From an uncultured Anaerolineales bacterium (GTDB lineage: Bacteria; Chloroflexota; Anaerolineae; 4572-78; NAK82), in NCBI GenBank assembly GCA_964529945.1, contig CAZHBM010000001.1, forward strand, positions 1 to 48,146: 48,146 nt of DNA, in the 5' to 3' direction. The translations under genes and the position numbers were made by a program. The notes beneath the pieces are model-generated. The model saw only the letters and a program-made list of their open reading frames with translations, was not told the DNA's origin and ran no database searches. Positions 17,948-26,974 of the stretch are shown piece by piece. The first letter of the stretch is position 1; each line of letters begins with the position of its first letter.

Positions 17948-17983
17948 CGGGGCGCTGGTGATCACCAGCGCCCCGTTTTTTTT
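17948..17983 (+). terminator. Perfect 14-bp GC-rich hairpin plus T8. It is canonical only for plus-strand transcription, yet it lies between two minus-strand genes.
   Basis: The plus strand reads CGGGGCGCTGGTGATCACCAGCGCCCCG (17948-17975) followed by TTTTTTTT (17976-17983). On the minus strand it is preceded by A8 and has no U-tract. Confidence 0.6.
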
Positions 17984-18016
17984 CTACATTCTGCCGGTCG
18001 TACCGTGCAACGTTCT

Positions 18017-19774
18017 TTAGAACAGGCCGACTACGTTTCCTTCGTCGTCCAGGTCCACGTTCATATAAACCGGCTTGGACGGCAGACCCGGCATCGTCCG
18101 CATCTCGCCGCACAGCGGATAGATAAACCCGGCCCCGACGCTTGCCCTGACCTCGCGAACGGGCAAGATGAAGCCCTTGGGCACACCCTTCAACGAGGGA
18201 TCGTGGCTCAAGCTCAGGTGAGTCTTAGCCATACACATGGGCAGATTGCCGAACCCGGCCTTCTCGTAAGAAGCGATCTGTTGCTCGGCCAGCGGGGTGT
18301 AGTCCACGCCGTCGGCACCGTAAACCTTGGCGGCAATCGTCTCGATCTTTTTCTTGATAGGAATGTCCAGCGGGTAGAGGAAATCGAAGTCGCTGGGCTG
18401 TTCGGCCGCCGAGATGACGGCTTCGGCCAACTCTACCGATCCCTCGCCGCCTTTGGCCCAATGGTTGGAAGGCACGGCAGCGTAGGCGCCGGCTTCCTGG
18501 GCCAATTTCTGAACCAGAGCGATCTCGGCCGGCGTATCGTACTTGAACTGGTTGATGGCGACCACCACCGGAATGCCAAACAGCCGTGCAATCTCAATAT
18601 TGCGGGCCAGGTTGGCGCAACCCTTCTCCAGCAACTCCAGGTTTTCTTCGGTGTAGGCCTTGTCCAGGTCGCGTCCGGCCACCACTTTCGGGCCGCCGCC
18701 GTGCATCTTCAGAGCGCGCACGGTGGCAACCAGCACCACCGCATTCGGCACCAACCCCGAATAGCGGCACTTGATGTCGAAGAATTTTTCCATGCCGATG
18801 TCGGCACCGAAGCCGGACTCGGTCACCACGTAATCGGCCAGCTTGAGCGCGATCTGGTCGGCGATGATGCTGCTGTTGCCGTGGGCGATGTTGGCGAACG
18901 GGCCGGCATGCACCAGCGCCGGCGTCCCCTCGAGGGTCTGCATCAGGTTGGGCATCAGGGCGTCTTTCATCAAAACGGTCATCGCCCCGGCCACACCCAA
19001 TTGCTCGGCGGTCACCGGCTCACCCTTCCAATTCTGGCCGATCACGATTCGCGCGAACCGCTCGCGCATATCCTTGAGGCTGGTCGTTAAGGCCAGGATG
19101 GCCATTACTTCGCTGGCTACCGAGATGTCGAATCCGGTCTGGCGGGGGTAACCGTCCACCTTGCCCCCCAACCCAATGATGACGTTGCGCACCGCCCGGT
19201 CGTTCACGTCAACCACCCGGTTCCAGGTGATGGAGTAGGGGTTGATGTCCAGCGGATCCAGCCCGGTAACGCTCTTGAACCGCTCGCCGTAGTTGCGCTC
19301 GTGCATAATGCGCGCGTCGATGGCGGCCGCCGCCAGATTATTGGCTGCCGAAACGGCGTGAATGTCGCCGGTCAAATGCAGGTTGAAATCTTCCATCGGC
19401 ACGATCTGGCTGTAGCCGCCGCCGGCCGCGCCACCCTTGATGCCGAAAGTCGGGCCCTGGGAGGGCTGGCGGATACAGGTGAACACTTTTTTGTTCAAGT
19501 GGGCGCCGAGCGCCTGGCTCAACCCGACCGTCGTGGTGGTCTTTCCTTCCCCCAACGGCGTGGGGGTGATAGCCGTCACGTCAATGTACTTTCCTTGGGG
19601 CCGGTCTTTGAACTTCTGCAGAACGTCCAGGTGAATTTTGGCTTTGTATTTGCCATAATAATCCAGATCGTCCTCACTAAGCCCAACCGATTCTGCAACT
19701 TCCCGAATGGGCCTCAGAATGGCTGCCTGAGCAATCTCAATGTCGCTTGGTACGGGGTGTTTGATGGTGATCAT
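18017..19774 (-). CDS. fhs: Formate--tetrahydrofolate ligase
   Basis: 585 aa with N-terminal [10 protein letters not shown] and the P-loop [11 protein letters not shown]. The full-length pattern matches FTHFS. Confidence 0.95.
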   Translation of the reverse strand: MITIKHPVPSDIEIAQAAILRPIREVAESVGLSEDDLDYYGKYKAKIHLDVLQKFKDRPQGKYIDVTAITPTPLGEGKTTTTVGLSQALGAHLNKKVFTCIRQPSQGPTFGIKGGAAGGGYSQIVPMEDFNLHLTGDIHAVSAANNLAAAAIDARIMHERNYGERFKSVTGLDPLDINPYSITWNRVVDVNDRAVRNVIIGLGGKVDGYPRQTGFDISVASEVMAILALTTSLKDMRERFARIVIGQNWKGEPVTAEQLGVAGAMTVLMKDALMPNLMQTLEGTPALVHAGPFANIAHGNSSIIADQIALKLADYVVTESGFGADIGMEKFFDIKCRYSGLVPNAVVLVATVRALKMHGGGPKVVAGRDLDKAYTEENLELLEKGCANLARNIEIARLFGIPVVVAINQFKYDTPAEIALVQKLAQEAGAYAAVPSNHWAKGGEGSVELAEAVISAAEQPSDFDFLYPLDIPIKKKIETIAAKVYGADGVDYTPLAEQQIASYEKAGFGNLPMCMAKTHLSLSHDPSLKGVPKGFILPVREVRASVGAGFIYPLCGEMRTMPGLPSKPVYMNVDLDDEGNVVGLF

Positions 19775-19934
19775 ACTTCAGGTCTCCTGTCTGGTATTGA
19801 TGCTGTATACTGAAGAAAATCAACCGTGAGGCTGACGTTCTGCACAAGGGGAATTGGATATCTTGATGGGGCCACGTTGCCTGTCGAGGTGCCTTTTGTC
19901 ACGCCAGAAATCATAGCACGGGGTCACAGACTTG

Positions 19935-20543
19935 TCAAACCATTTGCCGCAGGCAATACTGGTAAACTGCTTCTTTGTCGCTCCGTGCCTGCTTTTCCAT
20001 TTCGCCGATCTGGCCGCGAACCTCGGCTGAGAAGCCCTCGTCTGCGAGCCCGGCCAGGTTGGTTTTGACGTTCAGCAACGCCGCCTGCAGCCCGGCCTCG
20101 GCCAACAGCGCCGAGCTGCCCAAATCGCTCAACACGTTGCCGTTGACCTTGGCCTTGATTCCGTTGGCCATAGCGACGACCAGACTGCAGGCGCTGGCTA
20201 CTTCCAGCGGAACTGTCGTGGCCCTTCTTAGCGCCGTGTGAATAGCTCGCCTGCGAGTAGCCGCCTGGGTTTCGTCCGCCTTCGGCAGGCGGTAGGCAGC
20301 CATAACTTCCTTAAATGCCTCTTGGTCCTCCACCGACAAAGCCGTCAGTCTCTGGCGGACAGCTTCGGCGCGTTTCAGCACGTCGCCTATCTCGGCTTCG
20401 AAGTCGGCGAAACGTTTTCGGCCCAGAGTCAACCGGCAGGCCATGCACACCAACGCCGCCCCCATAGCCCCCGACAACGCCGACGCACTGCCGCCGCCCG
20501 GCGTGGGCGAGTCCGAAGCGAGTGCTTCCAGATAGTCTTGCAT
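19935..20543 (-). CDS. fchA: Methenyl-THF cyclohydrolase / formimino-THF cyclodeaminase family protein
   Basis: It carries the TPGGGSASALSGAMGAALVCM signature of the cyclodeaminase/cyclohydrolase (FTCD_C) family. I moved the start to the ATG at 20543 (MQDYLEAL...), 5 nt after GGGAGG. The track ATGs upstream fall inside the predicted promoter and repeat. Confidence 0.8.
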   Translation of the reverse strand: MQDYLEALASDSPTPGGGSASALSGAMGAALVCMACRLTLGRKRFADFEAEIGDVLKRAEAVRQRLTALSVEDQEAFKEVMAAYRLPKADETQAATRRRAIHTALRRATTVPLEVASACSLVVAMANGIKAKVNGNVLSDLGSSALLAEAGLQAALLNVKTNLAGLADEGFSAEVRGQIGEMEKQARSDKEAVYQYCLRQMV

Positions 20544-20584
20544 GACAGCCTCCCGGAACCATTTGTGAAGTTCTGCACTGGTGT

Positions 20585-20613
20585 ATCGTAACATGTCCGT
20601 CCCTAACGGGCAA
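20585..20613 (-). promoter_or_regulatory. Sigma70-type promoter TTGCCC-N17-TACGAT for fchA-fhs, immediately downstream of repeat copy A
   Basis: The minus strand reads TTGCCCgttagggacggacatgtTACGAT. The -35 is at 20613-20608 and the -10 at 20590-20585. Confidence 0.5.
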
Positions 20614-20624
20614 GCGGAGAGGCG

Positions 20625-20711
20625 GGTATGTCCCATATTCTTGGTGGATGGCCAGGTGAGTCGGCGGCCGCTTTTACCTATTCACTATTTCTTGTGGGTG
20701 GAAGACCTTCC
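20625..20711 (-). repeat. Intergenic repeat family, copy A (core, oriented toward fchA)
   Basis: The minus strand reads GGAAGgtCTTCCACCCACAAGAAATAgtgaataggtaaaagCGGCCGCCGACTCacctgGCCAtCcaCCAAGAAtATGGGACatACC. It aligns block for block with copies B, C and D. Confidence 0.85.
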
Positions 20712-20783
20712 GCTCTAGCCAACGCACGTTGGAATCGAGGCGAGGTTCGGGTTTTGGCACCCACGAAGCATTTGGGACAGACC
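20700..20783 (+). repeat. Intergenic repeat family, copy A2 (diverged, oriented toward hsp20, sharing the central GGAAGacCTTCC with copy A)
   Basis: The plus strand reads GGAAGacCTTCC..., then 59 nt, then GGCAcCcaCgAAGcatTTGGGACagACC. This matches the 3' block GCCAcCtgCCAAGAggATGGGACcACgCC of copy D. The length from CTTCC to GGGAC is 59 nt, against 63 nt in copy C. The middle part is poorly conserved. Confidence 0.55.
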
Positions 20784-20803
20784 CGGCGGCAGTCGAAAAT
20801 GAA

Positions 20804-20833
20804 TTGCACATCGTTTGCCGCCTATGGTATAAT
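20804..20833 (+). promoter_or_regulatory. Sigma70-type promoter TTGCAC-N18-TGgTATAAT (extended -10) for hsp20-lon
   Basis: The plus strand reads TTGCACatcgtttgccgcctatggTATAAT. The -35 is at 20804-20809 and the -10 at 20828-20833, preceded by TGg. Confidence 0.6.
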
Positions 20834-20987
20834 CTTAAGAAGTTTACGTGAATGATAGTAGTCTGCCGTTCATATTTTAATTAGATGTCGCTGATGGTTA
20901 ACCGTTTAGTGCCGCAATCACCTGGCTTGCCATGTTTTGCTGGCACAATATCGAGATGGTGTTCGTTTTTTGCACAGGAGTGGACTA

Positions 20988-21389
20988 ATGGTCAATCCGC
21001 AACAAGGGCGAGAGAGTATGTTGCTTCGTAGTTCTGGCCCCGGGCACAGTTCACGCACGGTCATTTATGGTCGCCATTGGACGATGGCCACCTACCGGGG
21101 GCGTGCCTGGAGACCGCCAACAGACGTCTTTGAGACAGCAGATGCTTACGTGGTTAAGGTCGAAATAGCCGGAATGAGTGAGGACGATTTTCGCATCACT
21201 TTCGCAGGCCGGAGTCTGTCGATTACCGGCACGCGCCACGATTCGGCTGCCAAGGTTGGGTATCATCAGATGGAGATTTCCTACGGTGAGTTCCAGACGG
21301 AAGTGGAACTGCAAGTTGCCGTCGCGGCAGAAAATATCGAAGCCGTATACCAGAACGGATTTCTGGTTGTCACATTGCCCAAACATTAG
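20988..21389 (+). CDS. hsp20: Small heat-shock protein (Hsp20 / alpha-crystallin family)
   Basis: The alpha-crystallin domain reads [32 protein letters not shown]...[13 protein letters not shown]...[15 protein letters not shown] moved the start to the ATG at 20988 (MVNPQQ...), 7 nt after AGGAG. The track start is 20937. Confidence 0.88.
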   Translation: MVNPQQGRESMLLRSSGPGHSSRTVIYGRHWTMATYRGRAWRPPTDVFETADAYVVKVEIAGMSEDDFRITFAGRSLSITGTRHDSAAKVGYHQMEISYGEFQTEVELQVAVAAENIEAVYQNGFLVVTLPKH

Positions 21390-21408
21390 GTCGGAAGGAG
21401 ATGCCCAG

Positions 21409-23910
21409 ATGCCGTCTATTGATGTAGCGGACGCTGATTTAGGCACCAAGAGTGCCGAGAACCAAGAAGTGCCCAATGTAACCGAGGTACCGGAAGAACT
21501 GCCAATTTTGCCGCTGCGCGGCGTGGTCGTCTATCCGTTGATGGTCGTGCCCTTGACCGTCGGTCAGGCACGCTCCGTCAAGTTGGTTGATGACGTCGCC
21601 GTTGGAGATCGTTACGTCGGCCTGGCAGCGTCCAAGGACCCAGAAATAGATGAACCCGAACCGGATCAAATATATACCGTGGGGACGATGGCGGTGATCC
21701 ATCGCCTCATCAAGGCACCCGATGGAACGGTGCGCATCATCGTCCAGGGTGTCGAGCGTATCAGAATTGACGAGTGGACTCAGGAACAACCTTATCTTAA
21801 AGCAAAAGTCTCACGAGCCGAAGATCAGTTGCCCGAGGAAGGCGACCTGGAAGCCGAAGCCTTGATGCGCAACGTCACCGATCTGTTCAGCCGCCTGGTG
21901 GCACTCGTCCCGCATCTACCCGACGAATTAATGATGGCCGTCACAGGCACCAGCGACCCGCGCCAACTGACCTACCTGGTCAGCACCAGCGTTCGAATGG
22001 ACCTGGAGGACGCTCAGAAGATCCTCGAGTTCGACAACGTTACCGACAAGCTGCGCCATTTGAGCACCATTCTCTCGCACGAGCTGGAAGTTCTCGAGCT
22101 GGGCAAAAAGATTCGCACCGAAGCCCAGGGCGAAATGGAGAAGATGCAGCGCGAATACTTCCTGCGAGAGCAGTTGAAGGCCATTCAGCGGGAATTGGGC
22201 GAAGGCGACGAGCAGCAGGTCGAGATCGATGAACTGCGCAACAAGATCCAGGAAGCCCACATGAGCGAGGAAGCTGAAAAGGAAGCCTTGCGGGAAAGGT
22301 CTCGGTTGGAGAAACTTCCCCCGGCTGCTTCCGAATACGGGGTTATCCGCACCTACCTCGATTGGCTGACCGCCCTGCCGTGGGACGTTACCACCGAAGA
22401 TCTGCTGGACATCGGCCACGCACGCCGGGTGTTGGACGAGGACCATTACGATCTGGAAAGGATCAAGGAGCGTATCCTCGAGTTCTTGTCAGTGCGCAAG
22501 CTGCGGCTGGAAAGGGCCGATGATAACGCCGCCGAAGAATCAGGCGAAGAGGCCCATCATGATTTCATTCGCCGTGAACGCGAGGGCGTGATCCTGTGTC
22601 TGGTGGGACCGCCGGGAGTCGGCAAGACCTCGTTGGGACAATCCATCGCACGGGCTATGGGACGCCGGTTCATCCGCATGAGCCTGGGCGGACTTCGAGA
22701 CGAGGCCGAGATACGCGGCCACCGGCGCACCTACATCGGCGCCATGCCGGGCCGCATCATCCAGTCTATGCGGCGCGTGGGCTCGAAGAACCCGATCATC
22801 ATGCTCGACGAGGTCGACAAGGTCGGCGCTGATTGGCGCGGCGATCCCTCTTCCGCGCTGCTCGAGGTCCTGGACCCCGAGCAGAACCGGGAGTTCCGCG
22901 ACAACTATCTGGACGTGGCATTTGACCTGAGTCAGGTGATGTTCATTACCACAGCCAACATGTTAGACACCATTCCCGGGCCGCTGCGCGACCGCATGGA
23001 AATCCTGGACCTGTCCGGCTATACCGACGACGAAAAGTTGAAAATCGCCGAGGGTTATTTAGTGCCGCGCCAGATTCGCGAGAACAGCCTCAAGCCGGAA
23101 GAAATCTCGTTTACCAGCGTTGCCATCCGCGCTATCATCCGCAAGTATACCCGCGAAGCCGGCGTGCGTGAGCTCGAGCGGCAGATTGGAACGGTATGCC
23201 GCAAGGTTGCCACCAAGATCGCAGAAGGCACGGCCACCTCGGTCAAGGTGGACGAAGACCAGGTACCTGACTACCTGGGCAAGCAGCGCTACTTCTACGA
23301 GGCCGCTCAACGGACCGAGTTGCCCGGCGTGGCCACCGGGCTGGCGGTCACGGCGGTTGGCGGAGACATTCTGTTTATAGAAGCCACCAAGATGCCGGGA
23401 CAAAAAGGACTGACCATCACCGGCCAGCTTGGAGACGTGATGAAAGAATCGGTCCAGGCGGCGCTCAGCTACGTACGCTCCCAGGCCGGGAAGCTTGGTG
23501 TCGACGAGGATTTCTTCAACAATAATGACATCCACGTTCACGTGCCGGCCGGCGCCGTCCCCAAGGACGGTCCCTCGGCCGGCATCACAATCGCCACTGC
23601 CCTGGCTTCCCTATTGACCGGACGTCCCGTGCGCGATGACGTCGGCATGACCGGCGAGATCACCCTGCGCGGACAGGTGTTGCCCATCGGCGGCGTCAAG
23701 GAGAAGTTGTTGGCCGCGCATCGCGCCGGGCTGCACACCGTCATCATCCCCAAACGCAACGAGAAGGACCTCGACGATTTGCCGAAAGAAGTGCGTGAAG
23801 AGCTGGACATCCAACCGGTGGAACGCGTGGACGAGGTGTGGGCCTTGGCTCTGCAGAGCGCCAAACCCAAGAAGTCGGAGACTGCCTCCAAATCTAAGAA
23901 AAAGGACTAG
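21409..23910 (+). CDS. lon: ATP-dependent Lon protease (LonA)
   Basis: 833 aa from the ATG at 21409, 8 nt after GGAAGGAG. It has the LON N-domain ([19 protein letters not shown]), Walker [10 protein letters not shown] and Walker [10 protein letters not shown]. The S16 catalytic residues are [10 protein letters not shown] and [10 protein letters not shown]. The track ORF start at 21178 overlaps hsp20 and is spurious. Confidence 0.95.
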   Translation: MPSIDVADADLGTKSAENQEVPNVTEVPEELPILPLRGVVVYPLMVVPLTVGQARSVKLVDDVAVGDRYVGLAASKDPEIDEPEPDQIYTVGTMAVIHRLIKAPDGTVRIIVQGVERIRIDEWTQEQPYLKAKVSRAEDQLPEEGDLEAEALMRNVTDLFSRLVALVPHLPDELMMAVTGTSDPRQLTYLVSTSVRMDLEDAQKILEFDNVTDKLRHLSTILSHELEVLELGKKIRTEAQGEMEKMQREYFLREQLKAIQRELGEGDEQQVEIDELRNKIQEAHMSEEAEKEALRERSRLEKLPPAASEYGVIRTYLDWLTALPWDVTTEDLLDIGHARRVLDEDHYDLERIKERILEFLSVRKLRLERADDNAAEESGEEAHHDFIRREREGVILCLVGPPGVGKTSLGQSIARAMGRRFIRMSLGGLRDEAEIRGHRRTYIGAMPGRIIQSMRRVGSKNPIIMLDEVDKVGADWRGDPSSALLEVLDPEQNREFRDNYLDVAFDLSQVMFITTANMLDTIPGPLRDRMEILDLSGYTDDEKLKIAEGYLVPRQIRENSLKPEEISFTSVAIRAIIRKYTREAGVRELERQIGTVCRKVATKIAEGTATSVKVDEDQVPDYLGKQRYFYEAAQRTELPGVATGLAVTAVGGDILFIEATKMPGQKGLTITGQLGDVMKESVQAALSYVRSQAGKLGVDEDFFNNNDIHVHVPAGAVPKDGPSAGITIATALASLLTGRPVRDDVGMTGEITLRGQVLPIGGVKEKLLAAHRAGLHTVIIPKRNEKDLDDLPKEVREELDIQPVERVDEVWALALQSAKPKKSETASKSKKKD

Positions 23911-23973
23911 AGAAAATGATTAAGAATATTACCCCAGCAGAGAGAGATTCTCTCAGAGAGGAGAATACACCAC

Positions 23974-25698
23974 TTGTCACATAGACGTCATTCAAGTAAG
24001 GAAACCAGGCGCTGGTACCGGGTCGACCTGCACTTGCACACACCGGGATCATCCGATTATGCCGACCCGGATGCGACCTATCTGGATATTCTACAACGTG
24101 CCGAAGCCCGCGGTCTGGATATGATCGCCTTTACCGATCATAATACAGTCGCGGGCTACGCGTCGATGCAGAAAGAAATAGAAGAGCTGAGTTTCCTCGA
24201 ACAGCGCAACCGCCTGAACAGCAAAGAGCGGGAACGTCTGCAGGAATACCGCCGGCTGCTTCAGAAGATGCTCGTTTTGCCCGGTTTCGAATTGACGGCT
24301 ACTCTGGGATTTCACATTTTGGGCCTGTTCAGCGCCGACAAGACCGTCCGGCAGATTGAACACGTGTTGCTGGACCTGAACGTGCCGCCGTCGCTATTGG
24401 ATCGAGGTTCCACCGAAGTCGGAGCCTCGGTGGATGTCTTGACCGCCTACCGCACGATCAACGCTCATGGAGGCCTGGTCATCGCCGCCCACGCCAATAC
24501 CAGTCACGGCGTGGCATTGCACGGTTTCGACTTTGGCGGCCAGACCAAAATCGCATTTACCCAGGATCCCAACCTCCACGCGCTGGAGGTTACCGACCTG
24601 GAGAGCAAAAGTCGGCGTCGCACGGCGGTTTTCTTTGACGGCTCCAAACCAGAGTATGCTCGACGTATGCATTGTATTCAGGGATCGGACTCGCACCGTC
24701 TTATGCGTGATCCCAACGACAAGACACAACTTGGAATCGGCGATCGGATCACCGAGCTGCTGTTGCCCGAGCAGTCCTTCGACGCCCTGCTGGAGCTTTT
24801 CCGCAGCCAGGACTTTTCGCGCACCCGCCCCTATCGCGCCACAGAAGAGCCGTTCGATCACGTCCAGGTGGCCCGGGAACAGGGCCCCAACATTGTCCAG
24901 TCGTTTCACGAGAGGATGACTCGCCAGGGCGGCCGGCTGCACGCTATTTTGTGCGACGTTTGCGCTTTCGCCAACACCAATGGCGGTACGATTTACGTTG
25001 GCGCGTCGGCAAATTCCCGCACCCTGCCAACCGGCATTGACAATCCCAGTGAGGCAACCAATACCTTGTTGACGGAGATCGAACGTCAGGTCACGCCGCC
25101 GTTGTCGGTCTCGATTGACGTGCTCGATACTCACCATCGCAAGGTGCTGCGTGTCGAAGTCCCGGCCGGAGAAGATCCGCCCTACGCATTGGACGAGAAC
25201 AAGATTTACGTCCGCGACGAGTCCGAGACGAATATGGCCGTCCGCGACGAGATCGTTACGTTGGTTGCCAAACAAATCAAGAATGTGGAACCGCCGCCGG
25301 TCCTGGAAACAGAAGTGATCAAGGAAGATGATTCGACACCGGCTGTGGATCAAATCGAGCCTCCTAAGACCGGCGTTGAGATTGTACTGACGGAAGAACG
25401 TAAGGGGGATCGCTATTACAGTATGCTCGACTTGCGCAACGGCAACGTGGTTCATAATGTGACCCAAAAGTCGGCCCGCAGGTTGTGGCAATACGCCATC
25501 AACGAGTCGCTCAAGCATCCCATAAAGACAACCGAGGTCAAGTGGCAGGGAGACATTGGCCTGCTGAAACGTTATCGGCGCAGTGGCAAACGCCGCTATG
25601 ACCTGGTCCGGCGAGAGCCCGGCGGGAAAATGCACGTCTATTATGGCGTCACGGACGACGGTATCCACGGTCCCTGGCGCCAGGTGGTCGGTGAATAG
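23974..25698 (+). CDS. PHP-domain phosphoesterase fused to an AlbA_2/Schlafen-like nucleic-acid-binding domain and a C-terminal tandem small domain
   Basis: 574 aa from a TTG start, 10 nt after GAGAGGAG. The PHP metal motifs are [27 protein letters not shown] and IQGSDSH. The central segment [22 protein letters not shown]...[15 protein letters not shown] resembles AlbA_2. The C-terminus holds two similar segments, [19 protein letters not shown] and [21 protein letters not shown]. Confidence 0.7.
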   Translation: MSHRRHSSKETRRWYRVDLHLHTPGSSDYADPDATYLDILQRAEARGLDMIAFTDHNTVAGYASMQKEIEELSFLEQRNRLNSKERERLQEYRRLLQKMLVLPGFELTATLGFHILGLFSADKTVRQIEHVLLDLNVPPSLLDRGSTEVGASVDVLTAYRTINAHGGLVIAAHANTSHGVALHGFDFGGQTKIAFTQDPNLHALEVTDLESKSRRRTAVFFDGSKPEYARRMHCIQGSDSHRLMRDPNDKTQLGIGDRITELLLPEQSFDALLELFRSQDFSRTRPYRATEEPFDHVQVAREQGPNIVQSFHERMTRQGGRLHAILCDVCAFANTNGGTIYVGASANSRTLPTGIDNPSEATNTLLTEIERQVTPPLSVSIDVLDTHHRKVLRVEVPAGEDPPYALDENKIYVRDESETNMAVRDEIVTLVAKQIKNVEPPPVLETEVIKEDDSTPAVDQIEPPKTGVEIVLTEERKGDRYYSMLDLRNGNVVHNVTQKSARRLWQYAINESLKHPIKTTEVKWQGDIGLLKRYRRSGKRRYDLVRREPGGKMHVYYGVTDDGIHGPWRQVVGE

Positions 25699-26220
25699 AT
25701 GCGTGTCGGTGTTTTGACCGTCAGCGACCGCGCATCCAGTGGTGAATACGAGGATCTGGCCGGTCCGGCGGTGGCCGAGTTGGCAAAAGGTCAACTCCAG
25801 GCAGAAGTGGCCGAATACGCTGTCGTGCCAGATGACCTGGACGCCATCGCCGGCACCTTGAGAGCCTGGGCCGATGCCCGTGCCCTCGACTTGATCCTGA
25901 CCGTCGGCGGCACCGGATTGGCGCCCCGAGACGTCACGCCGGAAGCCACGCGAGCCGTCATCGATAGAGAAATCCCCGGCTTTCCTGTGGTTATGATGCT
26001 GGCCGGGCTTAGAATAACGCCCCACGCCGCGCTTAGCCGCGCCGTCTCGGGCAGCCGTGGCCGCACGCTGATTGTGAACCTGCCCGGTAGTCCCAAAGCC
26101 GCGCGCGAGAATCTCTCCGCCATCTCGTCCGCTCTGCCTCACGGCATCGCGCTCTTGAGAGACCAACCCGGAGCGAATCAACAGCATCACCTCGCCGTTC
26201 CGGTGTCTGGTGACGAGTGA
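25699..26220 (+). CDS. mogA: Molybdopterin adenylyltransferase / MoaB-MogA family protein
   Basis: 173 aa with VLTVSDRAS...LILTVGGTGLAPRDVTPEAT. The ATG abuts the TAG of the upstream gene (TAGATG). Confidence 0.85.
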   Translation: MRVGVLTVSDRASSGEYEDLAGPAVAELAKGQLQAEVAEYAVVPDDLDAIAGTLRAWADARALDLILTVGGTGLAPRDVTPEATRAVIDREIPGFPVVMMLAGLRITPHAALSRAVSGSRGRTLIVNLPGSPKAARENLSAISSALPHGIALLRDQPGANQQHHLAVPVSGDE

Positions 26221-26270
26221 TGACGAGTTCCGTCGTTGACCATTATCATTTGATCGTTGAGACATAGTTT

Positions 26271-26960
26271 ATGACAACCAGAGTATTGCCTATTTTTCCA
26301 CATAAAATCGTCCTGTTTCCTAACCAGGCACTGCCGCTACGCGTTGCCGAAGAGGCGCACAAAACGATGTTCGAGGATTGTCTGGTGAGCGATCGTTTGT
26401 TCGGCGTCGTGCTTGGTTTGCCCGAGGACGACAACAGCCAGACGCTCTTGCCTCATCCGGTGGGCACCGTTGCCCGCATCGACGACTGGTCCTTTGCCGA
26501 AGACGGCCAGTTCAAGATCAAAACGCTCGGCGTCCAGCGCTTTCGTCTGCTTGAGTTCATCGACAGTGACAAACCGTACCTTTCAGCGGTTGTCGAATTC
26601 TGGGACGACGACCACGAGCAAAGCGACGACGTCTCGGACGTCATCACCGATCTGTCGTCAGTATACGCCGACTACCTGTCTTTGATTGTCCTGCTTGCCA
26701 ACTTCGCGCTTCCGGCGCGCCGCTTCCACTTGCCGCAAGAACCTACGCGCCTGTCTTACCACGTCGCCTCGAACATTGAAGTCGAACTGATGGAAAAACA
26801 GCGCCTTCTGGAAGAACCTTCGGCCATCGAAAGGCTTCGGCGGGAGCTGTCCCTGGTGCGGCGGGAGAGGGATTTCTTGCAGCGCCTGATCAGCCTGCAG
26901 GGCATCTTCTTTGACACTGATTCCGCCTGGGGCCAGACTATTGCCGAACGGCCGACTTAG
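26271..26960 (+). CDS. Stand-alone LON N-terminal (substrate-binding) domain protein
   Basis: 229 aa with LPIFPHKIVLFPNQALPLRVAEEAHKTMFEDCL...LFGVVL and a coiled C-terminal helix. There is no AAA+ or protease module. Confidence 0.75.
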   Translation: MTTRVLPIFPHKIVLFPNQALPLRVAEEAHKTMFEDCLVSDRLFGVVLGLPEDDNSQTLLPHPVGTVARIDDWSFAEDGQFKIKTLGVQRFRLLEFIDSDKPYLSAVVEFWDDDHEQSDDVSDVITDLSSVYADYLSLIVLLANFALPARRFHLPQEPTRLSYHVASNIEVELMEKQRLLEEPSAIERLRRELSLVRRERDFLQRLISLQGIFFDTDSAWGQTIAERPT

Positions 26961-26974
26961 GGCGAAAGAGTAGT

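Noticed and set aside
19775-19934. A possible ZTP (pfl) or THF riboswitch in the 160-nt fchA-fhs spacer, since fhs and folate genes are common targets.
   Set aside because: Reading the minus-strand RNA, I could not find the conserved ZTP cores (contiguous GUGACUGGCG and a downstream CCGCCUGGGC) or any THF-like core. Only the scattered words UGAC and CUGGCG are present. An Infernal/Rfam scan would be the decisive test, and I do not claim an element here.
20544-20636. Upstream ATGs extending fchA (track start 20636) and, similarly, the kinase (track start 41140).
   Set aside because: Both ATGs are simply the ATG of the repeat word ATGGGAC. The extensions run through predicted -35/-10 elements and lower-GC sequence. 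Good SD-preceded starts exist downstream, at 20543 for fchA and at 40915 or 40903 for the kinase.
20840-20987. A CIRCE (HrcA) or HAIR (HspR) operator in the hsp20 leader.
   Set aside because: There is no TTAGCACTC-N9-GAGTGCTAA or CTTGAGT-N7-ACTCAAG. The nearest resemblance (TTAGTGCC...TGGCACAA, 27 nt apart) has the wrong spacing and sequence.
24394-26265. A very long (623 aa) minus-strand ORF antisense to the PHP/AlbA_2 gene and mogA.
   Set aside because: Its composition is a typical high-GC shadow-frame ORF: rich in Arg, Gly, Ala and Val, with no motifs, SD or recognisable domains. The plus-strand genes have clear domain signatures and coupled starts. The same judgement applies to the long antisense ORFs at 32610-34586(+), 9942-11444(+), 17714-19090(+), 12894-13898(+), 5658-6449(+), 6376-7299(+), 41209-42066(-), 42738-43646(-) and 45967-47169(+).
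21409-26960. Reading lon, the PHP/AlbA_2 gene and the LON_N gene as a phage-defence or BREX-like (BrxL) system.
   Set aside because: lon is a complete canonical LonA directly behind hsp20, which is a heat-shock context. The window contains no methyltransferase, helicase/ATPase partner, phosphatase PglZ, toxin or mobile-element hallmarks. Only the PHP/AlbA_2 architecture itself is kept as a finding.
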